A stretch of DNA of 64,000 nt, from assembly GCA_033442325.1 (NCBI GenBank), contig JAWQFM010000019.1, positions 1,215,297 to 1,279,296 on the forward strand, written 5' to 3'. Every line of letters begins with the position of its first letter. Position 1 is the stretch's first letter. The position numbers were made by a program, and so were the translations under genes. This stretch comes from Salpingoeca rosetta (taxonomy: Eukaryota > Protista > Choanoflagellata). Positions 45,517 to 64,000 of the stretch are shown here, piece by piece. Under the pieces are notes generated by a model. The model made no database searches. It was given only the letters and a program-made list of their open reading frames with translations, and was not told where the DNA came from.

Positions 45517-45571
<55 letters not shown>

Positions 45572-45864
45572 TGGATGCACACACGTGTGTATGTGTGTAT
45601 GCGGGTGTGATAGATAAGGCATAGCTTCCGACAACGTCGCTTGAGTGTGCATACATCTGATGACTGTTTGTTGTGCATTTCGATTCGCTCAACGAACGTT
45701 AAGCAGTAAACGAAACGAAAGGTCACACATCAACACCAAGTGGTGTCACACAAACCAACAACACAAAGGGTCATGGTTGTGTATCTCCATCGCAGGCATG
45801 AACAAGCTCCCAAGCAACTACATGAGCAAGTGCACAGAACACCACAGTTCACATGACAGGACTG

Positions 45865-51107
<5,243 letters not shown>

Positions 51108-51383
51108 CGTGGTGTTGAACTCGCGGATCAGTGATGATAAACCCAGGCGACGCAGACACAAACGCAGACGCAGACAAGAAAGACACGAAGCAGGGAGCAG
51201 GTGCGGCTGGCTGGTCGTTTGCGTTGTGCTGGCAGTATGGAGAAATGGTTGATATCTTACAGTAAATTTCCACATCCACCATTCACGCGAACGCACACAA
51301 CAACAGCAGATACAAGCGCGGCACTGTGTGAACGACATCCACTGACTGACACCTGCTGAGCACACAACACACAAACGCAGAAC

Positions 51384-51809
51384 ATGGTACGTGCGTGTGC
51401 GTGTGCGTGTGCGTGTGCGTGTGCGTGTGCGTGTGCGTGTGCGTGTGCGTGTGTGCAGTGAACATCGTATCTATATGGCATGCGGTTATGGCTCATGCAT
51501 GCGTGTGTCGCCTGCGTGTATCGCTCGTCTCACTCCGTGCCTTGTGTTCGAATGTTGTCTTGCCGGCTTGTCTGCTGTGTGGTTTCCCGTGTGATGCTTG
51601 TTTCGACTTGAACAGTCGTTGACAATCAAGAACCCGAAGCAGCTGCTGCAGGAGCTGACGGGCAAGTCTGTTGCTGTCAAGCTCAAGTGGGGCATGGAGT
51701 ACCGTGGCGTTCTCAAGTCCTTTGACAACTACATGAACTTTCAGCTGCTGAACACAGAGGAGTACATTGATGGCGTGTCTCAAGGCAACCTCGGCGAGTG
51801 CCTGATCCG
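51384..51809 (+). CDS. SNRPF: Small nuclear ribonucleoprotein F (partial; last exon probably in the gap)
   Basis: ATG|gtacgt exon at 51384-51386, then exon 51616-51809: [48 protein letters not shown]...LGECLIR. The expected CNNVLY end is not visible. Confidence 0.93.
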
Positions 51810-51814
51810 GTGCG

Positions 51815-51850
<36 letters not shown>

Positions 51851-51875
51851 CGTGTGTGTGTGTGAACGTGTTTGT

Positions 51876-52040
51876 GTGTGTGTGGAGGGGTATGGGGATG
51901 TTATTCTTTCTGTTTGCGTTGTTGTGCGTGCGTGTGTGTGTGTGTGGAGGGGTATGGGGATGTTATTCTTTCTGTTTGCGTTGTTGTGCGTGCGGTGTGT
52001 GTGTGTGAGGCGGGTAATAGGGATGTTATCCTTTCCGATA
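51876..52040 (+). repeat. Intronic ~61 bp tandem repeat (two good copies and one degenerate copy)
   Basis: gtgtgtggaggggtatggggatgttattctttctgtttgcgttgttgtgcgtgcg is repeated. Confidence 0.85.
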
Positions 52041-52079
52041 GCTATGGCGTGCGTGTGAAAATAGGATGCCTTGTCCTGT

Positions 52080-52697
52080 NNNNNNNNNNNNNNNNNNNNN
52101 NNNNNNNNNNNNNNNNNNNNNNNNNNNNNNNNNNNNNNNNNNNNNNNNNNNNNNNNNNNNNNNNNNNNNNNNNNNNNNNNNNNNNNNNNNNNNNNNNNNN
52201 NNNNNNNNNNNNNNNNNNNNNNNNNNNNNNNNNNNNNNNNNNNNNNNNNNNNNNNNNNNNNNNNNNNNNNNNNNNNNNNNNNNNNNNNNNNNNNNNNNNN
52301 NNNNNNNNNNNNNNNNNNNNNNNNNNNNNNNNNNNNNNNNNNNNNNNNNNNNNNNNNNNNNNNNNNNNNNNNNNNNNNNNNNNNNNNNNNNNNNNNNNNN
52401 NNNNNNNNNNNNNNNNNNNNNNNNNNNNNNNNNNNNNNNNNNNNNNNNNNNNNNNNNNNNNNNNNNNNNNNNNNNNNNNNNNNNNNNNNNNNNNNNNNNN
52501 NNNNNNNNNNNNNNNNNNNNNNNNNNNNNNNNNNNNNNNNNNNNNNNNNNNNNNNNNNNNNNNNNNNNNNNNNNNNNNNNNNNNNNNNNNNNNNNNNNNN
52601 NNNNNNNNNNNNNNNNNNNNNNNNNNNNNNNNNNNNNNNNNNNNNNNNNNNNNNNNNNNNNNNNNNNNNNNNNNNNNNNNNNNNNNNNNNNNNNNNN
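52080..52697. other. Assembly gap
   Basis: N run. Confidence 0.95.
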
Positions 52698-52707
52698 GTC
52701 GTCGTCG

Positions 52708-52795
<88 letters not shown>

Positions 52796-53127
52796 CTGTG
52801 TTGAATCTGGGCAGTGCGCACATGCCATGATGTACGCAGGGTGTGCGGTCTTACGTTTGTTTGTCTGTTGTGGTTGTGGTTGTGTGAGCGTGCACGTGTT
52901 AACAGATTGAGTGTGCCGCGACGTGCAATGCTTGTTTGCTGGTTGATGTTTTGCTGGGCTGCTTTTTCATTGCTTTTCAATCAATGGACAAGAGACGTGT
53001 GCAAATGCAAGCATGAACATATGTTGAGGCAACACCAAGGAGGAGGAGGAGGGGTGCATGGTGCATCATGCGTGTTTGGCGGTGGTTGGTGTTGTGGAAG
53101 CGATGCAATGCGATGGGATGGGACGTG

Positions 53128-54382
53128 TTACGACCAGAGCCTGATGGTGCCGTCGGAGCCGCACGAGACGAGGAATCCGCCCGCGTGGTCAAACACCAGC
53201 GCCTGCACAGCGTCGTCGTGCGCTTGCAGCTGTCGCAAGCGAATGGGGGGGGGGGGGAGGAGGGATTAGAGGAGGTTGAGGTTGGCGGAAAGGAGGAAGG
53301 GGGGTGGTGGTGGAAGAGGGGGAGAGGGGGGAGGACAATGAAGCATGAACAGATACGTGTTCGTGTGCACACAGACACAGGCACACAGACACAGACACAC
53401 ACACACACACACACACATGCACTCACCTCTGTGATGAGGTCGAATGTGTCGAGTGCAAGCACCTTGATGGCACCATCACCACTGCCGACAGCCACCACCT
53501 GTCCCGACGTATCCACGGCAATGCAGTTTGCCGGGTGAGGCCCAAGCTTGGCCGTGTGCAGCAGCGTGCGATCGCGCATGCTCCACGCACACACCGTCCC
53601 GTCAAGGTCACACGACACAGCAACGTCACCCTGTCGATGGAGAAGGAGGGTGGTGTGAGTGATGGGGAAGGACAACTGAGCACGTGAGCTACTCGAACCA
53701 AGTGGATGACAGACAGAAGACAGACACACACACACGCACAAGATGGATACACACAGACACACAGATGCACAGATACACAGATACACAGATACACAGATAC
53801 AACAGCAGCGCGTGATTAAGCCCTGACCGCGTATGTGAATGCAATGTCGCTGACGGCATTTGTGTGCGCCTCCATGCTGCCGACAGCCAGGCCCGTCCGC
53901 CCATCTGTCACCCGGACGATCTTGTCGGCACCCCCGCTCAGGATGTGGTTCGAGTGGGGCTGCACCAGTCCGAGGAGACGTTGGTGGTGGACACGAGGTG
54001 AGTTCATGCAGTGGTTGTGACAATGTGTACTTCGTGATGGCTATCGGGAGTGGCACATCATCACGATAATGCCACACCACCAAGCACCAATCAACCGCCA
54101 CCATACCTGGAATCTGACGACGTTGACGGAGTCTGTGTGGGAGCGGATGGTGTGCAGGCACTTGCCTGTGGTGATATCCCACACCTTGACCGTGTTGTCC
54201 ATGCTGCCAGATGCAATGAAGTCGCCCGTGTGGTGGAAGTCGCAGCTCCACACGCAGTGCGCATGCTCCAGGAACGACGTCACAACACACAGCCTGCACA
54301 GGTTTGGTGTGGAGCATGTGCGATGGGTTAGGTGGTGGTGGTGGTGGCAGCGTGTTGGACGCAAAGGGGAGGGAAGGAGAAG

Positions 54383-54434
<52 letters not shown>

Positions 54435-54474
54435 CACACACACACACACACACACACACAGCCACACAGACACA

Positions 54475-54525
<51 letters not shown>

Positions 54526-56962
54526 GACATGCCTGGTGCCGTACCCTGCTGAGCTCCAGAGGTCGACCTTTGGGTGGGAGCCTGCAGTGAGGAGGAGGGT
54601 GCCGTCGGGGTGGAAGCGGACGTCTGCCAGCCACGACGGGTGCGCCGCCACCTGCTGCTCAAGCTGGCCCCTGGTGGCGGTGGTGATGATGATTGTGATG
54701 ACGATTGTGGTGGTGGATGGATGGATGGATGGATGGATGGATGGGAGAATGGAATGTGTACATGAGGGGAAGCGCTGTGAGCGGATGAGCTGTAATGGTG
54801 CTGTTGGTGTCGGTCAATGTGCTGTGATCGTTTCGAGCGAACGTCGACAAACAAAAGAATTAAGACGTGACACATCACGACATGTGCGTGCCCACATGAC
54901 CATCACATCAGGATCCTGCCTACCCTGGAAGTTGCCAGATGCTCATGATGCCAGCGTCGTCGACGGCTGCGAGCAGGTCGCCTTGTGGATGCAGCGCAAT
55001 GGCTCCGACAGCACACGTGCTCGCCTTGACCGTGTTCACCACCGTGAGCGCCTTGGCGCGGCCGGGTGTCATGGGCCGCAGGTTTGGCGGTGGCAGCAGC
55101 TGCTCCGGTCGCGGGAGTGTTGCAGGCATGCGCTGGCTCTGGCTCTGTCGTGGTGGTGGCAATGGTGGTGGTGGTGGTGGTGGTGAAGGGAGAGGCAGTT
55201 GTATTGTGTGGGCAGTTGCGGTGATGCACAATCAGGTGCACATGCACGCACACAAAGTCAGGTGGCAATTGAGTACGACACAGAACAGCAGCAGCAGCAG
55301 CAGCATGAGGCGTGTGGTCACCAGGACGGGGCTCTGCAGGCGCTTCGTTGCCTTTGCCAGAGACGGCAGTGGCCGCTGGGCCGTCGTGTTGGCGACTGCT
55401 GCTGTCGTTGCTATTGCTGTTGTCCTCGTCGGCGCGAGCTGCGATGCAGACACGGCGCGTGCCGTCTGCTCAAGCTGTGTCGCCTAATGTGCGTGTGTGT
55501 GCATTGTGTGCGTGTTGTGTGCGTTGGTTGTGTGTGCGTTGAGTGAGTGTGCATTGTTGTGTGCCTTGTTGGAAAGCGGTTGGCTCGTTGGAACAGCGAA
55601 AAGGAGAAAGGCAGGCATGCAAACGCGAGTCACGATTGAACACCTCACCCGTTGTGATGCCTTGTCGCGCTGCAGCTTTGCCAGCATCTTTTCGCGCAGG
55701 GCCGCGTTGTGCTTCTCCGTTAACTCTTCCAGCTCTTTACGAAGGTCGTCCACTTGGCGAGATAGCCTGCAAGCAACAACATCGGCCAGGCGAGCATGTG
55801 AGGGGATGCGGCGGTGAGCTACGCCCTTCGCAACGCACGATACGCACGTGCACACATGTCCACATGCACATGCACACACAGACATAGACACAGACACACA
55901 CACGCGCGCATACACACGACACGCACGCACGCACGCACGCATACATGCACAGACAAGCACACGTGCACGAACCGCTTGAGTTCTTGGCCCATTGTCTTCT
56001 TTTCTTGCAGGATTCGGCGATGTGCTGTTCTGTGGTGGTTGCGCTCCTTCCGCAACTTCTCAAACTGTGCCTCAGCAGCGCTGGTGCCATGTGCCAAGAG
56101 TAGGACAGGAAAAAATGTACGTGTGTGAATGTGAACGTGACAGTGTGTGAATGTGAGAGTGTGCAAATGTGATGAGAGTGTGAGAGTGTGTGAGTCAACG
56201 GGAGAACGATGTCCCGTGGATGAGATGAAAATGGGGTGAGCTGGAGCAACCAAGGGTCATTTCAAAAGCAGAAGCGCAACCTCGCACCTTGCCTTCTGTT
56301 GGTACTTTGCACACATGGATTCGCAGTCCTCGAGTGCCCTTTCCAGGTGCTCACTGCGTGTGTACACATCGGGCACGGATTCGATCTCAGCCGCGCTCTC
56401 CCGTCCATTCCCGAGCTTGTGCCTAACCAGCACAAGGAAGCGGGGGGGCATGTGCATGTGAGTGAATGAGTGAGTGAGTGAGTGAGTGCGTGTTAGTGTG
56501 CGATTGTGTGTGTGTGATTGTGTGCGATTGTGTGGGACAACAAATGGGGAGTGTGACTTGTGCGGAGATGGTGAATACCGTACCATTCGGTTTGGAAGCA
56601 TTCGAGCGTCTGTGTCATGTTGTGCTTCATCAAGAAGTTCATGAGAAAGTCCTCCACAGGCTGCAGTCGAACAAGGGAGTTGGAGCACGTGTGTCAGTGT
56701 GTCAGTGTGAGTGCGAATGTGTGAGTGTGTGAGTGTGTGAGTGTGTGAGTGTGTGAGTGTGTGAGTGTGTGAGTGCGAATGTCAAGTACAGCCACTCACA
56801 GACAGACACATAAACACACACCAGACACACACACCAGACACACAAACACACACACACACACACAACAAAAAAAACACACACCAGACACACAAACATACGC
56901 ACAGACACACAATGAGCACTGACTGGAGGGATGGATGCGCCCTCCGAGGGCATGGCCGTCAT
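53128..56962 (-). CDS. SPAG16: Flagellar central-apparatus WD40 protein PF20/SPAG16
   Basis: PVEDFLMNFLMKHNMTQTLECFQTEW, KLRKERNHHRTAHRRILQEK, LREKMLAKLQRDK coiled coil, then WD40 repeats (HAHCVWSCDFHHTGDFIASGSMDNTVKVWD; HTDSVNVVRFQP); ends GSDGTIRLWS*. Confidence 0.9.
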
Positions 56963-57459
56963 CGCTTCGCTTCGCTCGCTTGCTGCTGTTGCTGGCTGTG
57001 GTTTGTATCCTCTCTTGTTCCTTCTCTTGTTCCTTCTCTTCTCTCTTCTTTGCTGCTGCTTTGCTTGTTGTTGTCAGGCACAATTTGCAAATGGAATCCT
57101 CACGGCGCAATTTGCAACGTGACGCGATGCGTCATTCTCTCGCTCTGTTCTTCTTGTGCCTCTGCGACGACACAACCAACACCTCCTCCACGCTCACGCA
57201 CCAGGTCAACAACGCCTTGCTCGCTTGACTAAGGATTGAAAGACTGAGGGAATTGAATCAGCCCATCTCACAGCACTCAGGTAGTGGCAATCGGCCAGAG
57301 AAGGCGTGTGCACCTTGTTGGTTCCTTTGGTTTGCCGTGCTTTGAACTGTTGGTGTTTGTGGAAGTCATCATGATCATCTAACTCACCACCACCACATGT
57401 ATTTGTTTTGGTTGTCCGTCTCTCGACAGCAGAGCCCAACAACAACAACAACAACAACC

Positions 57460-57941
57460 ATGTCGTACCACAAACTCGATCGCTACCAAGGTGCGAACGT
57501 GTGCTGTGTGGGTGTTTGTTTTGTAGTGTGTGTTTGTAGTGTGTGTTTGTACTTATTTGCTTGTGCCTTGTTTTCATGTGGTGGTGCAATTGACAACGCC
57601 GTCACACATCCGCCTCACACACGCATGTTGCTTTGTCGTGTGATGGCCGTGGCTGTGCCGTCCTGTTGGCGTTTGCACCCTCCCCCCTATACTTGTTTTG
57701 TCTCCCGTCCATTTCCCCAGGCCGAGATGGCGACAGCGAGTACTTGCGCTTGACGCGCCAGATCCCCAACAACATTGTCAACATCAGCCGAAACACCAAG
57801 CAGCTGCAGAAGATTGTCAAAGTGATTGGCACGCCAAAGGAATCGCAACAGTCCATGGGGCAGGTCAGCTTCCGTTTCGTGGTTGTATGTGTGTTGTGTG
57901 TTGTGTGTTGTATGTGTGTGTGTGTGTGCTGTGTGTGTGTG

Positions 57942-57975
<34 letters not shown>

Positions 57976-58785
57976 CGGCTTGCCATTGACTTTCCTCTCA
58001 CCGCAGCCACCGTGTTTCATGACACGCGTTGCAGATTCGCCATATTGTCAGAGACACAAACTCGCTCATCAAAATGACAAAACAAATGGTATCCGACGTA
58101 AGCACGCTCACACAGAGTGCGGAGAACCAGAGCGTGTGTGCGCGCGCATGGGGAGGCGGGCGAATGTGTGAATGTATTGTGTTTGTCTCTGTTTGCTGTA
58201 CGTATTGCGCGCGCGCTCTGTCTCTCTCTCTCTCTCTCTCTNNNNNNNNNNNNNNNNNNNNNNNNNNNNNNNNNNNNNNNNNNNNNNNNNNNNNNNNNNN
58301 NNNNNNNNNNNNNNNNNNNNNNNNNNNNNNNNNNNNNNNNNNNNNNNNNNNNNNNNNNNNNNNNNNNNNNNNNNNNNNNNNNNNNNNNNNNNNNNNNNNN
58401 NNNNNNNNNNNNNNNNNNNNNNNNNNNNNNNNNNNNNNNNNNNNNNNNNNNNNNNNNNNNNNNNNNNNNNNNNNNNNNNNNNNNNNNNNNNNNNNNNNNN
58501 NNNNNNNNNNNNNNNNNNNNNNNNNNNNNNNNNNNNNNNNNNNNNNNNNNNNNNNNNNNNNNNNNNNNNNNNNNNNNNNNNNNNNNNNNNNNNNNNNNNN
58601 NNNNNNNNNNNNNNNNNNNNNNNNNNNNNNNNNNNNNNNNNNNNNNNNNNNNNNNNNNNNNNNNNNNNNNNNNNNNNNNNNNNNNNNNNNNNNNNNNNNN
58701 NNNNNNNNNNNNNNNNNNNNNNNNNNNNNNNNNNNNNNNNNNNNNNNNNNNNNNNNNNNNNNNNNNNNNNNNNNNNNNNNNNNNN

Positions 58786-58833
<48 letters not shown>

Positions 58834-59222
58834 ATTCCTGTGCTCACGACCACCACTGCGTGCGTGTACACAGGGAGCAAGTGCACGAAATCTTCCAGGA
58901 CGTGGCCGTGATGGTTCAGGACCAGGGCGAAGTGCTCGGTGCGTCGCAATCACGATGGTTCTTGTGCTGGTGATCCTGCTGCCACTACTGATGCTGCTAC
59001 TAATACTTACAACGGTGCTCCCTCCGCTCACACGTGTACATCGCTTGCCGTCCCTCCCATCCCCTCCGCCGCTGCTGCAGAGAACATTGAGGCGAACATG
59101 CAGGTGACATACGACCGCGTCGACCGCGGTGTCGGCGAGCTCACACACGCGTCCAGATACCAGGTGCGCAGTCTTTGTAGTTGTGGGAACCTGTGTTAGT
59201 GTGTGTGTGTGCGTGTGTGTAT

Positions 59223-59265
<43 letters not shown>

Positions 59266-59513
59266 CGTGTGTGTGGGTGGGTTTTTTGTGTGTGTGTGTG
59301 TGCGTGCGTGTGTGTGTGTGTGTGGTCGTATCGCCCACCTACGCGCTCATCCCTCACCCCCCCCCCCAAACTCCACCACCTCCACCTCCACCACGTCGTG
59401 TTTTTGACCGCCAGAAATCTGCACGCAACAAGGCCATGTGTCTGCTGGTGATTGTCGTCATTGTTGCCGGCATCCTGGCAGCCATCCTCGTGCCCACACT
59501 CAAGAAGAAGTGA
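57460..59513 (+). CDS. Endosomal Qa-SNARE, syntaxin-7/12 (Pep12)-like; middle exons in the gap
   Basis: Habc start ([25 protein letters not shown]), SNARE motif [27 protein letters not shown]...[16 protein letters not shown]-terminal [20 protein letters not shown]. Confidence 0.88.
58242..58785. other. Assembly gap
   Basis: N run inside the syntaxin gene. Confidence 0.95.
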
Positions 59514-60029
59514 AGCAATCGCTGCCCTGCTCATCAATCGTGTCGGCATCAATCATCAGTCATCAGCACCACCACCATCATCATCCATCATTGCCATCAT
59601 CAATCAGCACCCCGACGCACGCTGTTCCACTGGCACCACCACCACGCCGCGAGCTGTTCTGTCCACGCTACTCGTGCCATTCTGTTCCCGTGTTGCCGTT
59701 GTCATCGTGCCCTCCTCCCCATCATGCTCCTTGCAGCCTTTCCAGCACCCACCTTTCTCCGTTCCGACTGGTGTCATGCTGCTTCCACACTTTTCGAACC
59801 AGTAGCTGCCGCACAGCGTGCACACGCACCCGCGTTTCCATGTTGCTTTGCGTTTACTTGTGTGCGTGCTCTGTTGGTATCAAACCTCGAACTAAACTCA
59901 ACCACTCGTGCATGGTCGGGGCTGTCGTGGTCGTGGGTACAGCCCACTTGATGCCGTGGAAAGGAAAAAAAAATGCACGTGGAACATCCAGAAGTGGAAA
60001 GCAAGGTGTGGGCGGCAGTGTTGGTCACA

Positions 60030-60922
60030 TCATGCGGCAGGTCGTGTCAAGTGAACATGGATGGCCGAGTTGCGTCGCTTGCTCACAACGGGTGGCGCTT
60101 CCTGCAGCATGTGAAGAGACAGACGTGAGTGGATATTGACATGCGGTAGGCGGAATGGGGGTCCAGTTGCAACCGGCTGCACGCACACATAGAGGGAGAG
60201 AGGCACAAAAACATACGCGCACACACACACACACAGTTGCACACACACACACACACACACACACACAGTCGCACACACACACAGTCGCACATACACACAC
60301 ACACACAGTTGCGCTCATGCACGCACCAAGTCATCTGATGCAATCTCATCCAACAATCCGACGGTGTCAGTCTCCACGCTCATCTGTCCAAAGAGGAGCA
60401 ACACCAATGTGAAAAAGAGAAGAAAGGGAGCCACAGACAACAACATCCACAAGAGCTAAGCCATTACGCAGTCATTGCAGGGAAACGTACCGTCAATTGG
60501 CCGGCAAACTTCTCCTGGAGTTGCAAGGCAATGTTGATGCAGCGGTTGATCGCAGCACCAAGGCCGTGCAGCGTCACCCTCGCTTCCCTGCAGATCACGG
60601 AAACCGGAAAGAGGGGGAAAAACAGATGAGGAGAGGTTCCGAGGTGTGGCGCAGCTCAAACGCAAGCATCGCGGCCTTGCACACGATCCCACACACAACT
60701 CACACAACTCACACACGATCTCACAAAAGCACATACTTGAGCTCACACGCACTTGGATTCAAGCAAGCTCATGGCGCGGGCGAGCTGAGCCTCAAAGGCG
60801 CTATTCCTTGCAATGTACACGTCTGTAAGGCTCGTTCGAGGCTTAGGCGCAGGCCGCTTTCGTCTCCTGCCACCACCGCCATCGTGTCGCCCACGACCGC
60901 CACGCTGCTGCTGTTGCTCCAT
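60030..60922 (-). CDS. POP7: RNase P/MRP subunit Rpp20/Pop7 (Alba fold)
   Basis: Not visible as a single ORF. Four exons splice to [40 protein letters not shown] / [24 protein letters not shown] / [13 protein letters not shown] / [10 protein letters not shown], matching the Rpp20 motifs DIYV..AQL, HGLG.AINR.INIALQL and NSAIHI. Confidence 0.9.
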
Positions 60923-61288
60923 GATGTTGGTTGTTGGTGCTGTAACCGCGGTGGCGAGTTCGGAAGATTAGCCGAAGGCTTACATAAATTTCAGCACAAG
61001 GACCAGCAAGCGGCCACGGCACGCACCAGATGAAGTGTGAGGTGCGGCCCTGAGAATGGATCATGCAACAACCTCGTCAACCAGTGAGCAGCACACACAT
61101 GACAGAGGAGCTGAGGGGGGAGGGGTGACATCAACCATCACAGCCAATGTATGTGTGTGTGCATGGGGTTGTGTTTCTGCTCATCCTCCTCCTCCTGCCT
61201 TCTCCTCCTTTCTGTCTGTGACATGCTGCTCACTATTGCTGTTGTTGTTGCTTGCTTGTTTGTGGTGGTGCGTGCAGATGGATGTATT

Positions 61289-61319
<31 letters not shown>

Positions 61320-61421
61320 GTGCTGGCTGATTCGTGAGGCAGTGGGCAACCCCCACCAACCAACCAACAGGGACTACATGCTGATGGATGAATGGTGATC
61401 GAACCACTGCATCACCCAGAC

Positions 61422-61482
<61 letters not shown>

Positions 61483-62002
61483 GACGTGCACGTTCTCTTC
61501 TCCACCCATCCACACGCCATCATCACCACCTCTTCATTTTCTCGTGTGTTTGCTCACATCCTTCTTCCTTTCCCTCACCTTCAACACCACCACCCTTCTC
61601 GTTTGTTTCTTTCTCCTTCCTTTCTGCTGTCGCCACACAGAGGGGCCTTGAGCCACCAGCTGTCACCCCCTCCACCAACCAACCATCACTGCTGTGGTGG
61701 GATGAACAAACGGGCGCTGCCATGTGATGACTATCCAGCCACGCTTGTGCGATTGCGGAAACAGCAACAACATCACTAACACACACCACACCACAAAGCA
61801 AGCAAGCAAGCGATGAACAACGTGAGTGCATCACTGCAATGTGTGTGTATGCTGCGCACCGCACCAGTATGCGTGTTTTGTGCTCGCTGCCTTTGTTGCT
61901 CCTGTCTCCTCTTGTTGTCCCACATCAATGTGTGCATGTGTGTCGTGCGGCTGCCTGTTTTGCCTTGCTTGATGCGCTGTCTCACTTTTCGTTCTCACAC
62001 AC

Positions 62003-62105
62003 NNNNNNNNNNNNNNNNNNNNNNNNNNNNNNNNNNNNNNNNNNNNNNNNNNNNNNNNNNNNNNNNNNNNNNNNNNNNNNNNNNNNNNNNNNNNNNNNNN
62101 NNNNN
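62003..62105. other. Assembly gap
   Basis: N run. Confidence 0.95.
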
Positions 62106-63250
62106 CTGCACCTGCTAGCCATCATTGCCCGTCTTGTGAGGGAAGAAGAGAAGCGGGGGGCTGGTGCGACCCCCTTGATGGGCATACCCACAACACAACA
62201 CCAGCAACAGCAATGGCAGCATGGGTTGATGGGATGACCAGCTCAGCTCAGTTGACTGTTGGGGTTGTGGGTGGTGGTGGTGGTGGTGGGATGTGAGGGG
62301 AAGAGGGCACGACAGCCTCTCCCACTGATGTACCAAACCAGCCACAGTGCCTCACCATCCTCATCATCCTCATCCTCTTTTGCCGATGAACCCATGACCT
62401 CCTCCTCCTCCTCCTTGTCGCCGCTGCTGCTGCTGGTGCTGATTCTGACACCCACCACTGCCACAACAGCGACAGCAATGGCAGGGTGTGCGTTGAGATG
62501 AGGCTGCCGCCGTCGCCCAAGCTGCCGCACACACGCACACACACGCACACACGCACACACACGCGCACGCATGTGTGATGGTGTGTTCACCTCCACCACA
62601 TCCACATCCACCATTTCCTCTGTTGCCGTGCACATGCACATGGACGACCCTCCTCTTGTGATCGCCTGCACGAAAGGACCAAGGAGGACAGCAACAGCAG
62701 CAGCACCACTACCACCGTCACCACCACCACTTGCTGCTGAACACATCCCTCCGACCAACCCATCGCCCACTGCTGCTGGCGGAAGCTGGCTGTTTGCTGC
62801 TGGGAACAGGTGGCGACAGCACAAGTTGCACTTTCGGCTGGAAGCAGCACCAGCAGAGGTGACAGGCGAAGAAGAGGGAAAACGGAGAGGAGATGTGTGT
62901 TGCATGGATGGATGGATGAATGAGGGGGGATGCTGGGTGAGTGTGGTGTGGTGCGGTGTGGCTGGCTGATGACAGAGGACGGTAGTGGTGGTGTGGTGTG
63001 AGGAAGACGGAGGCATGGATGGATGGAATGGGGTGCAGCATGTCTTGTTCCTTCCCTTCTGTTTTCTGTTTCCTCTCTCTTCCCTTTCTCCTCCTTCACA
63101 CACATATGCATGCACAACATCAGCAGTGGCAGCAGCAGCGGTGCCGTGTGTATGTGTGTGCGTGTATGTGTGTGTGTGTTGGGATGTACTCGCCAGCAAC
63201 AGAGGGCGTATGTGCTTATCCACTCGGTTTCGTTGCATGTTTTACCACAG

Positions 63251-63460
63251 GGTAACGGGACGGTGACGTGCCTGGCGACTACTGGGCGACCTCCACAAGC
63301 TCAAGCGCGAACCCAACGACAATCAGCTTCCATGGTTCCCCTGGCCGAAGTGCTGCAGTCAATAAGTCTCCTCCCAGGAGAGTACGTCCGCCTGGAAGAC
63401 GTGCTACACCACATGATCAACAAGCTGAAGTCGAGCTGCCGCAGGCCTCACCACGAGGTC
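63251..63460 (+). CDS. Possible exon of a hypothetical protein
   Basis: Acceptor-like cag|G followed by coding-like codons (VPLAEVLQSISLLPGEYVRLEDVLHHMINKLKSSC). No coherent gene model could be built. Confidence 0.3.
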
Positions 63461-63729
63461 GCCCTCGACCACTCTCCCTGCCTTGCCTTATGTTCATTAC
63501 ACATGCGTCTTTTACCACGTTACTGTGAGCACACCCTCCACCGACACCAACCACCGTGTGCATGTGTGTGGGAAGAGTGCGAGACGTGGTCTTTGCCTGA
63601 TATGGTGTGCACGTTTACTGAGCAGGGACAACTATGCATGCAAACACAAGCGCACACAAGGCCCCAGGTCAAATAAAAAAACCAGCATCGAAACAAGAGG
63701 GAAGGAAAATGGCACACAGTTCACACAGT

Positions 63730-63936
63730 TCACCAGTCCGTGTACCATGTGACCTTGTCGCACAACTGGCGCAGCAGGTGTTTGGTGCGTTCCGCAGCGT
63801 CACATTCAGCGATGCACTGGATGGCCTGCTCGCGTTTAAGATCACCTGGGTGCACAAAGGCATTGGCGCCTTGCTTGAAATCGCGGAGACGCTGCAAGTC
63901 CGCAGCGCTGAGGCCAAACACCTTACGTGCAATGTC
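63730..63936 (-). CDS. Terminal exon of a hypothetical protein entering from the right edge
   Basis: tgcag|DIARKVFGLSAADLQRLRDFKQGANAFVHP...LRQLCDKVTWYTDW*; no family recognised. Confidence 0.5.
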   Translation of the reverse strand, partial: DIARKVFGLSAADLQRLRDFKQGANAFVHPGDLKREQAIQCIAECDAAERTKHLLRQLCDKVTWYTDW

Positions 63937-64000
63937 CTGCAACCAAAGCAAGCAAGGCAGAGGAGGGTATGTGAGAACAGCACAGGGCAATGGATGCGTG

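Noticed and set aside
54530-54546. Possible GC donor (AG|gcatgt) in SPAG16
   Set aside because: A canonical GG|gtacgg donor in the same phase lies just upstream and fits WD40 spacing better.

Overview
Intron-rich, microsatellite-saturated eukaryotic draft DNA with four N-gaps. The high GC3, (CA)/(GT) repeats in nearly every intron, receptor tyrosine kinase, animal-type extracellular modules and flagellar central-pair gene point to a choanoflagellate, most likely Salpingoeca rosetta (inference). Splicing by hand gives 12 well-supported genes plus fragments. In order: a single-exon membrane protein with a cupredoxin-like domain (-); a very large type I membrane protein with dermatopontin, Sushi, EGF and FN3 modules and a bacterial-looking core (+); a non-catalytic C2/TSP1/furin-repeat receptor with repeated YDV motifs (+); a ricin-lectin GH3 beta-xylosidase (-); SPRTN (+); NudC (-); a non-RD receptor tyrosine kinase (+); crooked neck (-); SmF (+); SPAG16/PF20 (-); syntaxin-7/12-like (+); POP7/Rpp20 (-). 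The best candidate for a new system is the 6424-17580 protein, which reads as a membrane-tethered, furin-releasable, lectin-tipped protein carrying two amphipathic beta-hairpin-like segments (pore-former hypothesis). Also notable are the adjacent phosphotyrosine-motif receptor, the non-RD kinase, and a polarised GU-near-donor / CA-near-acceptor intron architecture. All family calls come from motif recognition only; no database search was run, and exon coordinates are hand-derived.
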